From Veleropilina oligotropha (taxonomy: Eukaryota): a DNA stretch of 64,000 bases. The notes beneath the pieces were generated by a model. That model worked only from the letters and a program-made list of their open reading frames with translations. It ran no database searches and was not told the DNA's origin. The position numbers and the translations under genes are program-made. Positions 40,996-54,300 of this stretch are shown here, in pieces. The stretch's first letter is position 1, and the number at the start of each line of letters is the position of its first letter. The DNA is taken from contig JBEUKZ010000083.1 of the NCBI GenBank assembly GCA_048128005.1, forward strand, positions 62,001 through 126,000, in the 5' to 3' direction.

Positions 40996-41332
40996 ATATA
41001 ATAATAATAATGCATACATTTATTAAGAACTTATCCGTTAATAGCTCTAAGCGATGTACATATTAAATATAAAAGCGCAGTTTGTGTTTCTTTAAGCCGG
41101 GTTTTCTCCATCACCGAGATATAGTTATCTCCTGACTTATGGCTGGCGATTGGATATGGAGTATAACATTTGACATAAATATGGATATATAGCGTTTTGC
41201 CCAAAAGCAATTTTTAATGTCAGTCTGAGTGTTATTAGTAAAAATGAACATTGCTGATTTAATGCCTTTTGTACTTTTAATTTATTTATTAAAATATATA
41301 CATATTTTTATAATCTCTTTGGTGAACTGATT

Positions 41333-41888
41333 TATCCACTTAAGTATATGGTCTTAATATCTAGATATTTATATGGATATCTAGATAATACATCTAGTTA
41401 GCGACATACATAATCTTTTTGCGAAATTGGATATATCGATCGAAAATATATGCAGTGATCCAAACTTCCATCGACATATCCACAAACTTAATAAAACAGC
41501 CGGGCAGACGACCAGGGTAAGCCGTGGAGGTGTTGGCCACCTAAAATGAGCAATACTTTCAAATTGCGTGATTGGACACATGTTAATGCGTGGCTACGCA
41601 TTGCGTTTACTGAAATTTCAACGTTTATTGTCTGCGATTTTTCTGCTGTCTTATGTAGATATGTAGATGGCACTGTCACCTCAGAGCATGGCGTCGATTT
41701 TTGAAGAAATATATATATTAACGCAAAATAGTATGTATCGCTAACTAGATATATTATCTAGATATCAACATAATTATGTGACTAAGTAGATATTATATTA
41801 TGTAGATAACTACATAATTATGTAGATAATAAGGCCACATAAATAAGTGGATATGTCAATATGTGGATGGCAGAAATATGCCACCATA
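41333..41888. mobile_element. Degenerate TIR element with GCCACCATA terminus (IS3EU-like), left end lost
   Basis: Inverted TATCCACTTA..TATCTA blocks at ~41333 and ~41825-41853; right end resembles the terminus of the 43267-45366 element. Confidence 0.45.
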
Positions 41889-43266
41889 CTGATTCGCATC
41901 AAAAGTAATAAATCATTTCACTTCCTGAACGTAGTATATAAAAATGCAAGATCGACAATGGCTCCGTGCATTTGACGATTTCCGGAATGACGTTTTATCC
42001 TCCGTTAATACAACCAAACAAGATTGTATTTATCGAAACAGAAAAGCCATCCTATTGATAATGACTTTAGCGACGGTGCGGCCAATAACAATAATCTAGA
42101 AGCCTGTTTAGCATCTAATGGAAAATGTCATTTAATTGATACAAAATATTCCTATTACTTTTATGTTGTTTTCTCTCACCTCGATTGCTGGAGAAGATGA
42201 GAGAGGTAAATGCCTGGTTGCGTGAGTATTGTTGCTTCGAGGGGTTTGGGTTTTTTTATTTGCCGGACAAGTTTGAGGGAAGAAGGGAGTGGTATTTCAG
42301 AGATGGACTGCACCCTTCACTGGAGGGTGGAGAAGTGCTGGCCAGAGGAGTAAATAGGGCGATAGAGAAACATTTAAACTGTTAAAGGGGGAGGTTGGAT
42401 CACCAAATCAGAAAACGGAACAACCAGAAAACAGCGATCTAAATAATGCAAAGAGGCAAAGAAAAACCACAAAAGTCACTGGAAAGCAGATAGGCCCTTC
42501 AAAATCTAGAGGAGATAAAAAGACAAAAACGTGCTTAAAGTTATATTTACAAATGCCCAAAGTTTGATGAATAAGCAAGGGGAACTAGAAACACTAATTG
42601 ATGTACACAACCCAGATGTGTTAGGAGTTACAGAATCATGGACAAATAGTAACATAAAGGATGCCGAATTAAATGTAGTGGGTTACAAATTATACAGAGA
42701 GGATAGAACAGATACGTTAAATGGCAGAGGTGGAGGGGAATTACTATACATCAAAGATCAACGCAATTCTGTTTCTCGTGAAGATTTTAAAATAAACTCT
42801 TTTCAAAATTCAATTTGGTGTGAAATTATGGCGAATAATAAAAAAGATTCCACAATTGTAGGTATTGTTTACCGTTCACCAAATAGCACTGAAAAGAATA
42901 GTGCTAATTTAAACAGTACATTGGAAAATGTTAGTAACTCTATGTTCAACGTATGGGAGACTTTAATTTCCCAGATATAAATTGAAAAATTTGCATAGTG
43001 GGAAAGCAGGAAAAGATTTTTTAACCACAATGCAAAATGAATTCATGCACCAACATGTGGATTCCCGACTAGAGGCAATAATGTATTAGACTTCTCGTGA
43101 AGATTTTAAAATAAACTCTTTTCAAAATTCAATTTGGTGTGAAATTATGGCGAATAATAAAAAAGATTCCACAATTGTAGGTATTGTTTACCGTTCACCA
43201 AATAGCACTGAAAAGAATAGTGCTAATTTAAACAGTACATTGGAAAATGTTAGTAACTCTAAGTTC

Positions 43267-45366
43267 TACGGTGGCCCTGGAGTCTCGTGTGAAAAAAATA
43301 TATATCGAGCGCTCGACATAATTATCTCGAGCGCTCGACATATTATCTCGAGCGCTCGACATAATATCTCGAGCATCTCGAGCGCTCGACATATTATCTC
43401 GAGCGCTCGACATATTATCTCGAGCGCTCGACATATTATCTCGAGCGCTCGACACAATTATCTCGAGCGCTCGACATAATTATCTCGAGCGCTCTACATA
43501 ATTATCTCGAGCGCTTGACATATTATCTCGAGCGCTCGACATAATTGTCACATGTTCAACAATCAACAACACTTGGATAGATTATCTTTTGACTATGCTG
43601 CTCGTGAATGCTCGTAGACCTAAATTCTTGTTTATACAACTTTTCATATAACAATTTCAACGAAACGGTTTCATTGTAGGCTACATAAACGCGTAATTAA
43701 AAATAATTTCAGTGGTTATTTCATTGAAACAGTCCGCATTATTATTAGAAGTTAAAGAAAAATATTTTTATTTGGCTTGTTTTTTGTTTTTACATTTGAT
43801 GTGATAATTACAGCGACACAATTCATTTGTTGCGTGTAAACGATGCGCCTTTCAAAAAGACTGTTCTTACTTTAAAACGCCACACATTTTATTTATTGAG
43901 TTGCTTTTGTGTAATCCCTAGTTAAGCCCCAGTCATACTAAGTCTATTGTACAAGAATGATGAAATACGGATGACCACTGATACCAGCGGAGGGTCCGGG
44001 GTCCATCATCGGGGCGGCCAGGGAGGTTGATCAAATATTTTTCGAGGAACACGGTTCTACTACGGCGAGTTATGGATGACCGAGGTATGATTTCGAATGA
44101 TTACCATGGTCCGGGAAAGACCGTATTAGGTCGATCCGTATTATATCCGGGAAACGCGCCGGATTCAACACGGTGTCAAGATGGTATCACTATGGATGGT
44201 GAAGGTTCGTCCCGGACGGACGAATGTTTCCCGGATATACTACGGACCTACTACGATCTATCCCGAGCCACCGTAGTCATACCTTGGTTATCAGTACTAG
44301 AAGCGTACTGGTCTAGTGTTCTTTGCAAACTATTTGATCAACTTCTCGGACGGCCTCGGTGATGCGCCCAGGGCCCTCTGGTGGCATCCGAAGTTCACTC
44401 TTGTTATATGTGACTATGGTTTAATTGAGGTGTACTTGATGCAACCTTTCAAAATGACCGTTCTTATTTAAAAACGCCAGAGTTGCGTTTTTGTCACCCA
44501 TGATTATATATTACTATTGTTTTACCAAGTAGCAGACTTGTACGTGAACGTGTAATTGAAAGAGTTTCAGTGGTGATCATCACGCCAGAAACCCGATACA
44601 CAAGACATCAGTTTTCCTTGTTAGTTTGTTCACGCCAGTATAGATGGTGATCATCAAACCTTTTGCGCTCAAAGGTGTAACTGAACTTGAGCCAGCTTCG
44701 TAACTATATTGCACCATGCACTTTGCTTTACTGATTTTCAACTTAGTATCTAGACCCACTTGATTGTTCGTATAGTATCTCTTTACAATGACCCTTTTCT
44801 AACGTTCCAAATATATTTAAAGATCAATTGTCCAGGTCGTCGTTATCAAAAGATGAAATAAACAACAATTTATCTTGCAACTTTGTAATATCTGTACTTC
44901 TATTAAAATTCAAAGCTGTTCCATGATATTTAGAAGAGTGTCATCCATTTTGCTTTAGGATCGATGCTTAATGTCTTGTATATTTCCAACCATCATTTGG
45001 TTCAAACCAGGACATGTCCGTATTATCGCGGGGGGAAAGCCCGGTCGCCCGGGTAAACCCACCCACTACTGTTCGCGTCAGCGGAATCAAGTCAGTGATT
45101 TTCGGAATCCACAACCGTACCACTGTACTGTCGATAATATGTCGAGCGCTCGAGATAATTATGTCGAGCGCTCGAGATAATTATGTCGAGCGCTCGAGAT
45201 AATTATGTCGAGCGCTCGAGATAATATTTCGAGCGCTCGAGATAATTATGTCGAGCGCTCGAGATAATATTTCGAGCGCTCGAGATAATATGTCGAGCGC
45301 TCGAGTTAATTATGTCGAGCGCTCGATATATATTTTTTTCACACACGAGACTCCAGGGCCACCGTA
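43267..45366. mobile_element. Non-autonomous TIR element with TACGG termini (IS3EU-like) and subterminal palindromic tandem arrays
   Basis: TIRs TACGGTGGCCCTGGAGTCTCGTGTG; 21/22-bp arrays (ATTATCTCGAGCGCTCGACAT) at ~43305-43545, inverted at ~45135-45326. Confidence 0.8.
44958..45125 (-). mobile_element. SINE family B copy (partial)
   Basis: Reverse complement of the GGACATTAAGCATCGA end and body. Confidence 0.6.
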
Positions 45367-47499
45367 GGATTCCCGACTAGAGGCAATAATGTATTAGACT
45401 TAGTGTTTTCCAGTGAGGTAAATATGGTACAAAACATTAGCAGAATTGGGAAACTTGGAAGTAGTGATCATCATTTAATTGAATTTCAGCTGCACACAAA
45501 AACAATTGTGAAAACTAGCAAACAAGAAATACCAGATTTTCGAAAAGCAGATTTCAACAAAATAGATAAGCTTACTAAATGTCAGTAAAGCTCCAGGTCC
45601 TGATAACATATATCCCAAATTGCTAAAATACGGCAAGGATGAATTAGCAAAGCCATTAGCCCTGATATTCAATAAAACTCTACAAGAAGGCAACTTGCCT
45701 GTTGACTGGAAAACTGGAAATATCAATCTTTAAAAAGGGTAGTCGATCAAATACCCAAAATTACCGACCTATTAGTCTGACATCAATAGTAGGTAAAATA
45801 ATGGAATCTATCTTAAAGGATGCTATTTTAAAACACATAAATAAATTTGGCCTTCTGAACCTTAGTCAGCATGGGTTTATGGAGAAAAGATCTTGTTTAA
45901 CAAACTTACTGGAATTTTTTGAAGATGTAACTAGTGCAATTGACAAGAGAAAACCAGTTGATATTATATATCTTGATTTTCAGAAAGCATTCGATAAAGT
46001 ACCACATAAACGACTATTACAAAAAATTAGTAACCATGGCATTAAAGGTCAAATACTAAATTGGATATGTAAGTGGCTAGAAAATAGAAAACAGAGGGTT
46101 GTAATAAATGGAATAAAGTCAAAGTGGGAACCGGTACTAAGTGGAGTTCCACAAGGTTCTGTTTTGGGACCATTGTTGTTTCTCATATATTTAAATAATA
46201 TTGATGACGTCATTACATCTCTAGTAAAAAAGTTTGCAGATGATACCAAGTTGTACAGAATTATCGAAACTGAAGAAGATGCAAAGAAACTTCAAAGTGA
46301 CTTAAATAATGTGGTAAAATGGTCTGAGGATTGGCAAATGCTTTTCAACACCAGTAATTGTAAAGTAATGCATGTGGGTTATAACAACAATACATATAAT
46401 TATGAAATGGGTTCAGAAACTTTACAAGAAGTGGCAAAAGAAAAATATTTGGGTGTATAGGTAGAAAAGACATTAAAACCATCAAATCAATGTGCAGAGT
46501 CAGCCAAAAAGGGAAATCAAATATTGGGAATGATAAAGAGAAACTTTAATTTTAAATCTAAAGCCATCTTAACTCGCCTATACAAGCAAATGGTTAGACC
46601 GCATTTAGAATATGCAGTGCAAGCATGGTGTCCATATCTTGCAAAGGATATCAATATTCTAGAACAAGTTCAAAGAAGAGCCACAAAATTGATAGGATAA
46701 TTAAGGGAATTGCCATATGAGGAAAGACTAAGAGCAATGAACCTCACAACATTATCTTTGAGAAGGATAAGAGGTGATATCATTCAGGTGTTTAAAATGT
46801 TTACAGGAAAAGACAACGTTGACAATAGTTTCTTTTTTCAGATGAACCAAAGACATACCAGGGGGCATCAATACAAGATTTACAAAAAGCGATTCCGACT
46901 TGTCGTTAGAAAACACTTTTTCTCAAATCGGGTTGTCGATGAATGGAATGCTATTCCTAATAATGTAGAGGATTCAACATCTGTAAACTAATTTAAAAAT
47001 CGCCTAGATGAACATTTTAAGAAGCTGGGCAGGTTGTAGAGAACAAGACAACTTCAATGGGTTTTTATATGAGTTACAGTAATGTGCTTTCTAAACCCAA
47101 ACAAATTGTATTTAATCTATTTAAAACCTTATTGTGCGCTGTATGGAACTTGATGGATTAAATTAATAGATTAAATGGTATTGATTATGTTTTACATTCC
47201 ACCGGAATATTCTTGCATTGTTGAAATCATTGTTGGAGAGAGCCGGGGGGGGGGGGGGGGTCATACATGATTGGAATATCATTAAAATCAGATTATATTC
47301 ATATATTTCGTATTTCCGGGTGATTCAGCGAAAGAAAACCTGCCTGGAAGAACACGTTCGCCTTGTTCAGATGTCTGATCTGTGAGACGCCAGTACAGAA
47401 CATTCGCACCCTACTTTTAGCGGAGGGAAAGGACTCCAAGAGATTATAATTTTCTGCGCAAACACAATAGCTGAAATCAACGGTTTCATTATACTCACC

Positions 47500-47900
47500 C
47501 AGCACGAATGAACATAGAGCTCTGGCCAAGACTCCGCACGACCGAGCATAACGTGATAACCAAGACCACGTACGAGCGAACATGACGTCATGACTAAGAC
47601 ATCGCACTAGCGAGCATGACGTCATGACCAAGACCCCGCACGAGCGAGCATGATGCCATGACCAAGACCCGCACGAGCGAGCATGACGTCATGACCAAGA
47701 CCCGCATGAGCGAGCATGATGCCATGACCAAGACCCGCACGAGCGAGCATGACGTCATGACCAAAGACCCCACACGAGCGAGTATAAAGTCATGACCGGA
47801 CCCCCGCACGCGCGACCATGACGTCATGACCGAGACCCACATCAGCGAGAATGACGTCATGGCCAAGATCCCGCACGAGCGAGCTTGATGTTATGACCGA
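47500..47900. repeat. ~33-bp minisatellite (ACGAGCGAGCATGACGTCATGACCAAGACCCGC)
   Basis: About 10-12 diverged units visible. Confidence 0.9.
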
Positions 47901-49717
47901 TCTTGTTGTGACAAATTCGAATTTTCTTACACGAAGGCATCCGATATATTTTGGATTTTGATTTGAAGACAACTTTGATGGTGATTTCACATCTCTATAT
48001 TTTTGTTGAACAACTCTTGTGATCATACTGCATATATATTGTATTTAATAATATTAAACAAGAGTGTAAATCAATCGTATTTTATACTCACGATAGAACG
48101 AAATATAACTTCTGGAACTTTTATGTATAAGTATATGAAGCGCATCATTGTGTGCAAAGTCAATAGCTGATTATTATCACGATAAAGCAAGCATACTATA
48201 GAAATGCTCATTTCAAATTGTACGGGATTAGCTGTTTTTGCAGCACTCGGTTTTTACTTACAATGACAAGTAGGCGTATACTGCGACCAAGGTGAATTAT
48301 TTAATCGGATATTGAATAACTTGTTTAATGTATAATTGATAAAAATTTGTTTATCAAGAGGACGCATTGCTCCACATCATAATTGGGAAGAGCATGATAT
48401 CAGACAACGGGTCATATTGATGCCGATCTAGCAACCCCAATAAATCGAACCTTCAAAACAAATGAAAAGCAGACGATAAATATTTTTCTATCTATTACAA
48501 TGTTTACCCATGATAAAATGAAAAATATAATTTTGAAGCAATAATACACTTTTGTTTATACAATACGACATCATATTCGTCTTATAACGGAAGGTTCTTA
48601 TCAAATCACATATTGAATAGTAAAAAATATACAGTATAAGTACGAGCATGGAATTGATGTATTGACAATAAATTTAGAAATTGTATCTTGCTGAGACTAC
48701 GAAAATATCCCAGTAAAATACAGCGATTCATCCGGGAGAAGTGTTCGCACTAGAAAATACACCCCTTCATGTACCGATAATGAACAGGAAAAATTCATGC
48801 TTAGAAGCGACAAACCCGTGACCACTCACGTGACTAAGCAGATTTCAGTCTGAACCCACAAGCGAAACTTTCTCGCAATATGACCAAGTTCATATTTATG
48901 TATCAGCCTTATTAAGTTCCTAAAATGTGCTATAATTAATCTTCGGTCCATATTTTGAGCACAAATTGAATAAACAAGACTATTTGGCAAACATTTCTTG
49001 AAAGAACATGACATTCCGCAATTGTCGGTTAAACTGTGCATGATTCAAGTACGTAGGTCACATTTGGCGGGTCTTGACTTTGGATTGTGTCATATTATGC
49101 ATTAACACATCTTGTGTGTTTGACATGGCATTAAGTAGATCAAACGCTCCATGTGAGTCATGAACTGAAAGAACAATTAGTTTGAATCGAAAACTGCTTT
49201 GATCTAGTGAAAGTTAAAGTTGATTAATGGCCTATCCAGATAATGAAAATATATCGGTAAAATACCGCGATTTATCCGATAGACGTGTTCACACTAGATA
49301 ATATAATGCATCTTGAACCGGGACAATTTCCTGCTTATGTTTAATATCTGGATATTATTGGTGGATTATCATAGACATTAATTAATCAGCATCTATTGAC
49401 CCTGCCATCGACAGACCACGCCAGAAATAAATAACACACATTTCTTACGTGACTTTTCCACGTTGGAAGGAATGACTAATTTCAATAAAATGCTTTGCGA
49501 CTAAAAAAACCCAAGATGATTGATTGAATCAATAACCGGTCATTTGCTTTGCAAACAAAGACATCTGATGCATCGCCCCTTGTTGCTAGATACCAGTATA
49601 TTGTAACATGTCAATAGGAAATTTACAAAGGATGCTTTCTGTTTAAAGCGTGTCAAGAGAAAACGTTTCAATTCTTTCATTTGTCCAGCTCAAAGTTTAA
49701 GGCGATTTTAAAAAAAT

Positions 49718-51505
49718 ATGACGATTGGAGTTTTCCTACTAGCAGTTTATTTTTCTGCGATTCCAATGAAGATTGTAGGTAGGTACATTTACTGATATAC
49801 TACTAGTTGTGTGTCTCTTTTTAGTCAATGTGGCTGCTCCGACAGTTGTGTGGTTTAGTTTGCAGACTCTGAATATCAGTGGCTTGATTCCGCTAACACG
49901 AGTAGTAGTGGGTCGAATCTCGTTTGGGAAATGATGTTATCAGTATTGTGTGGATTCTGGCACATCGGAAACCTCGAGTGACGTAGTAGTTTTTGCGGCG
50001 GATTAATCGCGAGAACGAAGTTCGAGCGATTTATCTGCCGCAAAAACTACGACGTCACGAGAGGTTTCCGATGTTACAGAATCCACACAATAACTGATAA
50101 CATTTTTATTATATGCCACAACAAGTTTCTTATTAAATTGAATCGAAAGATTATGGTAATTTTAGTCACGAATCTGTAAGGGAGGCTGAAATAGTATAGG
50201 ACTATATTGGAAGCAGTTCCTACGATTTGTCAGCCATTTTGAATAAATAAGCAGGAGACGTTTTCTGAATCTATATCAGCTGTGTGTCCGTGATACAGGG
50301 TCTCGGAAAACTGCGCGAGAATAGGCGTCAGAAAACGACTGGCATATAATAAATGCATTTATCTGTTCAGTTATGAATCACAATTGTCCGTAACTGGTCG
50401 TAGATGACGGGTTTCCTCGGGCGACCGATATTTCCTCCTGAAATAATGCGGACATGTCCTGTTATGAACATGATTATTGTAAGCATGTAGGACATTAAGC
50501 ATCGACCCTTTTTAGTCAATATTGCAGTGCGCAATAATAGCGTTATGGTTCAATCTTCGGTTTCGCAGATCTGATCCGATAGAACGCAAATTGTCCAATG
50601 TAATTGTAATTGTAGTGCGATTGTTACTTTCTGAACCAATGCTTATTGTTCACTAAAGCTTGACACATGCTACCCATTTATATGTTGGACGGCTTTTTGG
50701 ATTTATTCAAATTACCAAGTTGTCATTCGGGTAATACAGCTGAATTTGTTATAGTACATCATACCTGTGCAAATGAACAAAACAAAACAAAATTTCTAGG
50801 ACGGATATTGAATATCAAAGAACGTCAAATGGTCAGCAAATTCATTTCCCATAAAACGTACATATCAGTGGCTTAGTAAACTTTAAAGCAAAATTAATTA
50901 AAAAACATGTGTTATTGTATTAGACGATATGAATGCCGGTATTATAGGTTACCATTGAACTATCGCATAAATTCATAGTTATTTGTGTTACATACAAATG
51001 TATTGTAGGCCTCATCCGTAAATACCTCTGCAACCTTGTATTCACCTACATCCCCAGAGAACACTTATATATCATGGAAAGAACATTTGTGTTGTACCAA
51101 CGATGAACACTACCATATACGGCAACCGATCATTATAATAATATGTAGATGCTGTCGAGTGGAATGTGTTACCAAACTGAAAGGAACTCCGAATTTCTTC
51201 TACTCTTCAGTCCTTAAGAGGCAAACGAAAGACCTACTTCTTCCAAAAAGCCTTCAACTGCTGATATGTTCATGATATATGTTTCTCTTTCTATTGCATA
51301 TGTAAATTGACTACTACTACTACTACTATTATTATTACTACAGGATTAGTATGTCCACCCAATTACACCCAGTATGCTGCTGGACTGAAGTGTATCCGAG
51401 TCGTGACAACCGAGCACACCCGTGACGAGGGGCAGGCCGTGTGCGAAACCGACGGGGGTCGGCTGGCCAAGGTGATGAATGCAGAGGATTCGGAGCACCT
51501 CCAAG
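49718..51505 (+). CDS. Secreted C-type lectin domain protein, first two exons (remainder not found in window)
   Basis: Exon 49718-49778 is a signal peptide MTIGVFLLAVYFSAIPMKIV (phase 1, GT donor); exon 51344-51505 reads GLVCPPNYTQYAAGLKCIRVVTTEHTRDEGQAVCETDGGRLAKV, the N-terminal half of a CTLD. Confidence 0.75.
49830..50507 (+). mobile_element. SINE family B with 13-bp TSD, interrupted by a hairpin element
   Basis: TSD CTTTTTAGTCAAT at 49817-49829 and 50508-50520; B-box GGTCGAATCTC. Confidence 0.8.
49934..50353. mobile_element. Hairpin-terminated element, family 3 (reverse orientation)
   Basis: Hairpin 49934-50103 with apex CGAGAACGAAGTTCGAG; short IR TTTATTATATGCCA 50105-50118 / 50340-50353. 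Confidence 0.85.
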
Positions 51506-51880
51506 GCACGGTCCCAGCGTATGTATACACGATGTAACATCTGTTCAAGTTCCGGTCCCAGCGTACGTATACACGATGTAACATCGGTCCAAGTCACGGT
51601 CCCAGCGTACGTATACACTTTGCAACATCAGTCCAAGTCGCGGTCCAAGCGTACGTATACACCATGTAACATCAGTCCAAGTCGTGGTCCCAGGGTACGT
51701 ATACACGATGCAACATCGGTCCAAGTCACGGTCCCAGCGTATGTATATACGATGTAACATCTGTTCAAGTTGCGGTCCCAGCGTACGTATGCACGATGTA
51801 GCATCGGTCCAAGTCACGGTCCCAGCGTATGTATTCACAATGCAACATCAGTCCAAGTCGCGGTCTTAGCGTATGTATAC
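51501..51880. repeat. 44-bp minisatellite, ~8.5 copies
   Basis: Unit GGTCCCAGCGTACGTATACACGATGTAACATCGGTCCAAGTCAC. Confidence 0.95.
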
Positions 51881-52446
51881 AATATTTTTCGCCTTCTAAC
51901 GTTGACTTCTTCAGCATTAGCGTCATCTGGTAGTACCGCGTCGTGCATAGACAATAGAGAGGTTTCGCAAAGTGTCCCGTGTACCTATACGTGTACGTGT
52001 AATAGGTCAACACGTTTGGTTCCCTTGGCAACAAGTTACACGTTCAGGTTAGCGTTTTGGCTTTCGCAATGACAATGCAACGTGTATACAGCCAATGTAT
52101 GGCATATCGAGTATGGAACGGTTACATCTGGATAGGAATAAATCAATGTATTCGTCAAATATCAGTTATTTGCGTGTGTTTGAAATTGAATATTTGCATT
52201 TTGACAATATTAGTTATAAATTAATTGATTTTAGGGACAAATACTAGTCAACACGTATCTAAATCAATGCGGACAAGCAAACCAACTTTTGCAAATTGAA
52301 CGCGAACGCGTGCCTGTAATATAGTGTGTTGCGCAAACTTTATCGTAATGTCATCATCCAGTATTTGAGGTTAGGGTTACCCTAACCCATGAACTCATGG
52401 TCTCAAAATATAAACGTGCAGGCCTAATATTGCGCAAGTGGTAGCA

Positions 52447-53728
52447 TTTGGGAGTATTGATGCATTATTTGGGAGTATTGATGCATTATTTGGGAGTATT
52501 GATGCACAAAAGCGGCAACTTTAAGTTTACCCAAAAACGCCAAGCGCAACAAGGAGAGCGGGCATTTTGTGGGTTGAAGCAAATATTGAACACTTATAAC
52601 TTTACCATTGATGCACAATGCAATATGTTCGATTCACTTGTCAGCCCTGTATTGAATTACGCATCTGAAATATGGGGGTTTCATGTAGCCGAAGACATTT
52701 AAAAAGTGCATGTTAAATTCTGTAGAAAAATTTTGCAACTCAGCCAACGTACCCCTAATTTATTTCTGTATGGGGAATTAGATAGGACAACAATGGCTGT
52801 TAAACGTAAAGAATGTATTCTAAAATATTGGTTGAAAATAATAAGTGACGAGAACACGTTAATTTATAAAGTATACAACATTATGAGACAGCGCTGCGAA
52901 TCTTGTAATGTGACTAACTGGGCTTCATGTGTGCGTGATTTGTTGTTCCAGTTAGGGTTAAACAACTATTGGTACGAACAAGATACAACTCAGCCTAACA
53001 TTATGATTATTGTTCAACTTTTGCAAGATCAATTTAAGCAATGCTGGCATAACTCTATCCAAACTACTTCAAAACTAGGCAATTATGCAATATACAAATT
53101 TAATATGAAATTTGAAAAATATTTATCTCTGCGTAATTATGAGAGCAGAAAGTTGATAGCAGAATTCAGAAGCAGCACTTGCAAATTACAAATAGAAGAG
53201 GGTAGATTTCTTGGAATACCGCGGGATAGTAGGTTATGCCAGCATTGTACGCAACACGTCATCGAAGACGAATATCACTTCATCATGGTGTGCCCTAAAT
53301 ATAGGGATAACAGATTAAAATATTTTCCCAAATATTTCACTAGATGGCCATCAATACAGAAACTAATAAATTTGATGTCATCAGATTCTCTTAAAGTGCT
53401 GTCAAGACTTGGCCTTTTTTTAAAACACGCGCTTGTCAAACGGTCCAGGAATACGTAACTGTTGTAAAGTGTATATGATTATACACCTCGTCATATTAAA
53501 TTATATTAATACTGTTTATTGTCTTTACTGTATATATTTATGAATGTGAACACTGTAAACGAATGAACATGTTAAAGCAGTGTAATGCTTCTTCGTTTAT
53601 TAGTATTATTATTATAAATATAAGATAACTATCTTTATTTTACCTGTCTGCAATTATGTACTAATATTTGTGATTGGCTAAAAACAAAATACTTGTTTAA
53701 TGCCGGAATAAATTGAATTGAATTGAAT
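52447..53728 (+). mobile_element. 5'-truncated RTEX-like LINE
   Basis: PVLNYASEIWG; LYGELDR; RLCQHC..IEDEYHFIMVCPKY; AATAAA+(TTGAA)n tail; 21-bp x3 repeat at the 5' junction. Confidence 0.85.
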
Positions 53729-54300
53729 TCAGTGGCCATAAAAAGGTGCCACTGTTTAAAATTTCAGTCGGTAATTGTACCGAATGGGATGGTGTGCCAT
53801 ATGTGTGGGCTTAATGAGGGACGAAGGCACGATGCCATTTTACTCAGATTTCAGGATTACTGGACCAATTACAAGGACCAAATTTCACCGACGCAGATGG
53901 AAGACCTTACGTATTTTATGGCGACCCGGCATACCCAAAGAGGGAACACTTCATTTCTCCTTATAAAGGAGCAAACCTCACACACGATCAGGAATAATTT
54001 AATTCTGATATGAGTAAAGTTAGGCAATATGTGGAATGGGGTGTTGTAACATAACAAAAAACTGGATATTTGTGTCTAAATATCACACGAATCTTGTTCT
54101 ATATGAATTCTTACCATGTTTTCTTTTAATACCCCTGATAGCATTATCTCTTATGAGTTTCCCTTGAATCTCTTGCTGCTTTTCTGGATTTGCAGCCTTT
54201 TGAGGTGCCTTCTCCTCTAAAAGAGCCTCGCGCTGCAAGTCCCTGAGATCCTGCAAGAGGACCTGCCTTTCCGCAAATTCCTCTTCTGTCCCTGATCTAA
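53729..54300. pseudogene. Harbinger-family remnant: DDE_Tnp_4 fragment (+) and convergent accessory-protein exon (-)
   Basis: GHKRCHCLKFQSVIVPNG..GRRHDA..YGDPAYP..SKVRQYVEWG (frameshifted); - strand SGTEEEFAERQVLLQDL. Confidence 0.75.

Larger units (their letters stand above)
42185..47040 (+). mobile_element. CR1 LINE: ORF1 esterase C-terminus, endonuclease, RT; rearranged and with stops
   Basis: DGLHPS SGNH motif (42185-42385); TNAQSL, VTESW, YRSPN (42531-42980); RT 45702-46460 (DFQKAFDKVPH, GVPQGSVLGP, FADD); CR1 C-terminus FFSNRVVDEWN. Confidence 0.93.

Noticed and set aside
40101..41026. His/Tyr-rich ORFs
   Set aside because: Low-complexity minisatellite translation.
43925..44421. Nested GC-rich MITE with weak AGCCCCAGTCA/TGACTATGGTT ends and a 111-aa ORF
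   Set aside because: The TIR match is too degenerate to call confidently and the ORF has no recognisable motifs.
43305..45326. CRISPR-like appearance of regularly spaced palindromic repeats
   Set aside because: No unique spacers and no cas genes; the repeats are subterminal arrays of a eukaryotic TIR element.
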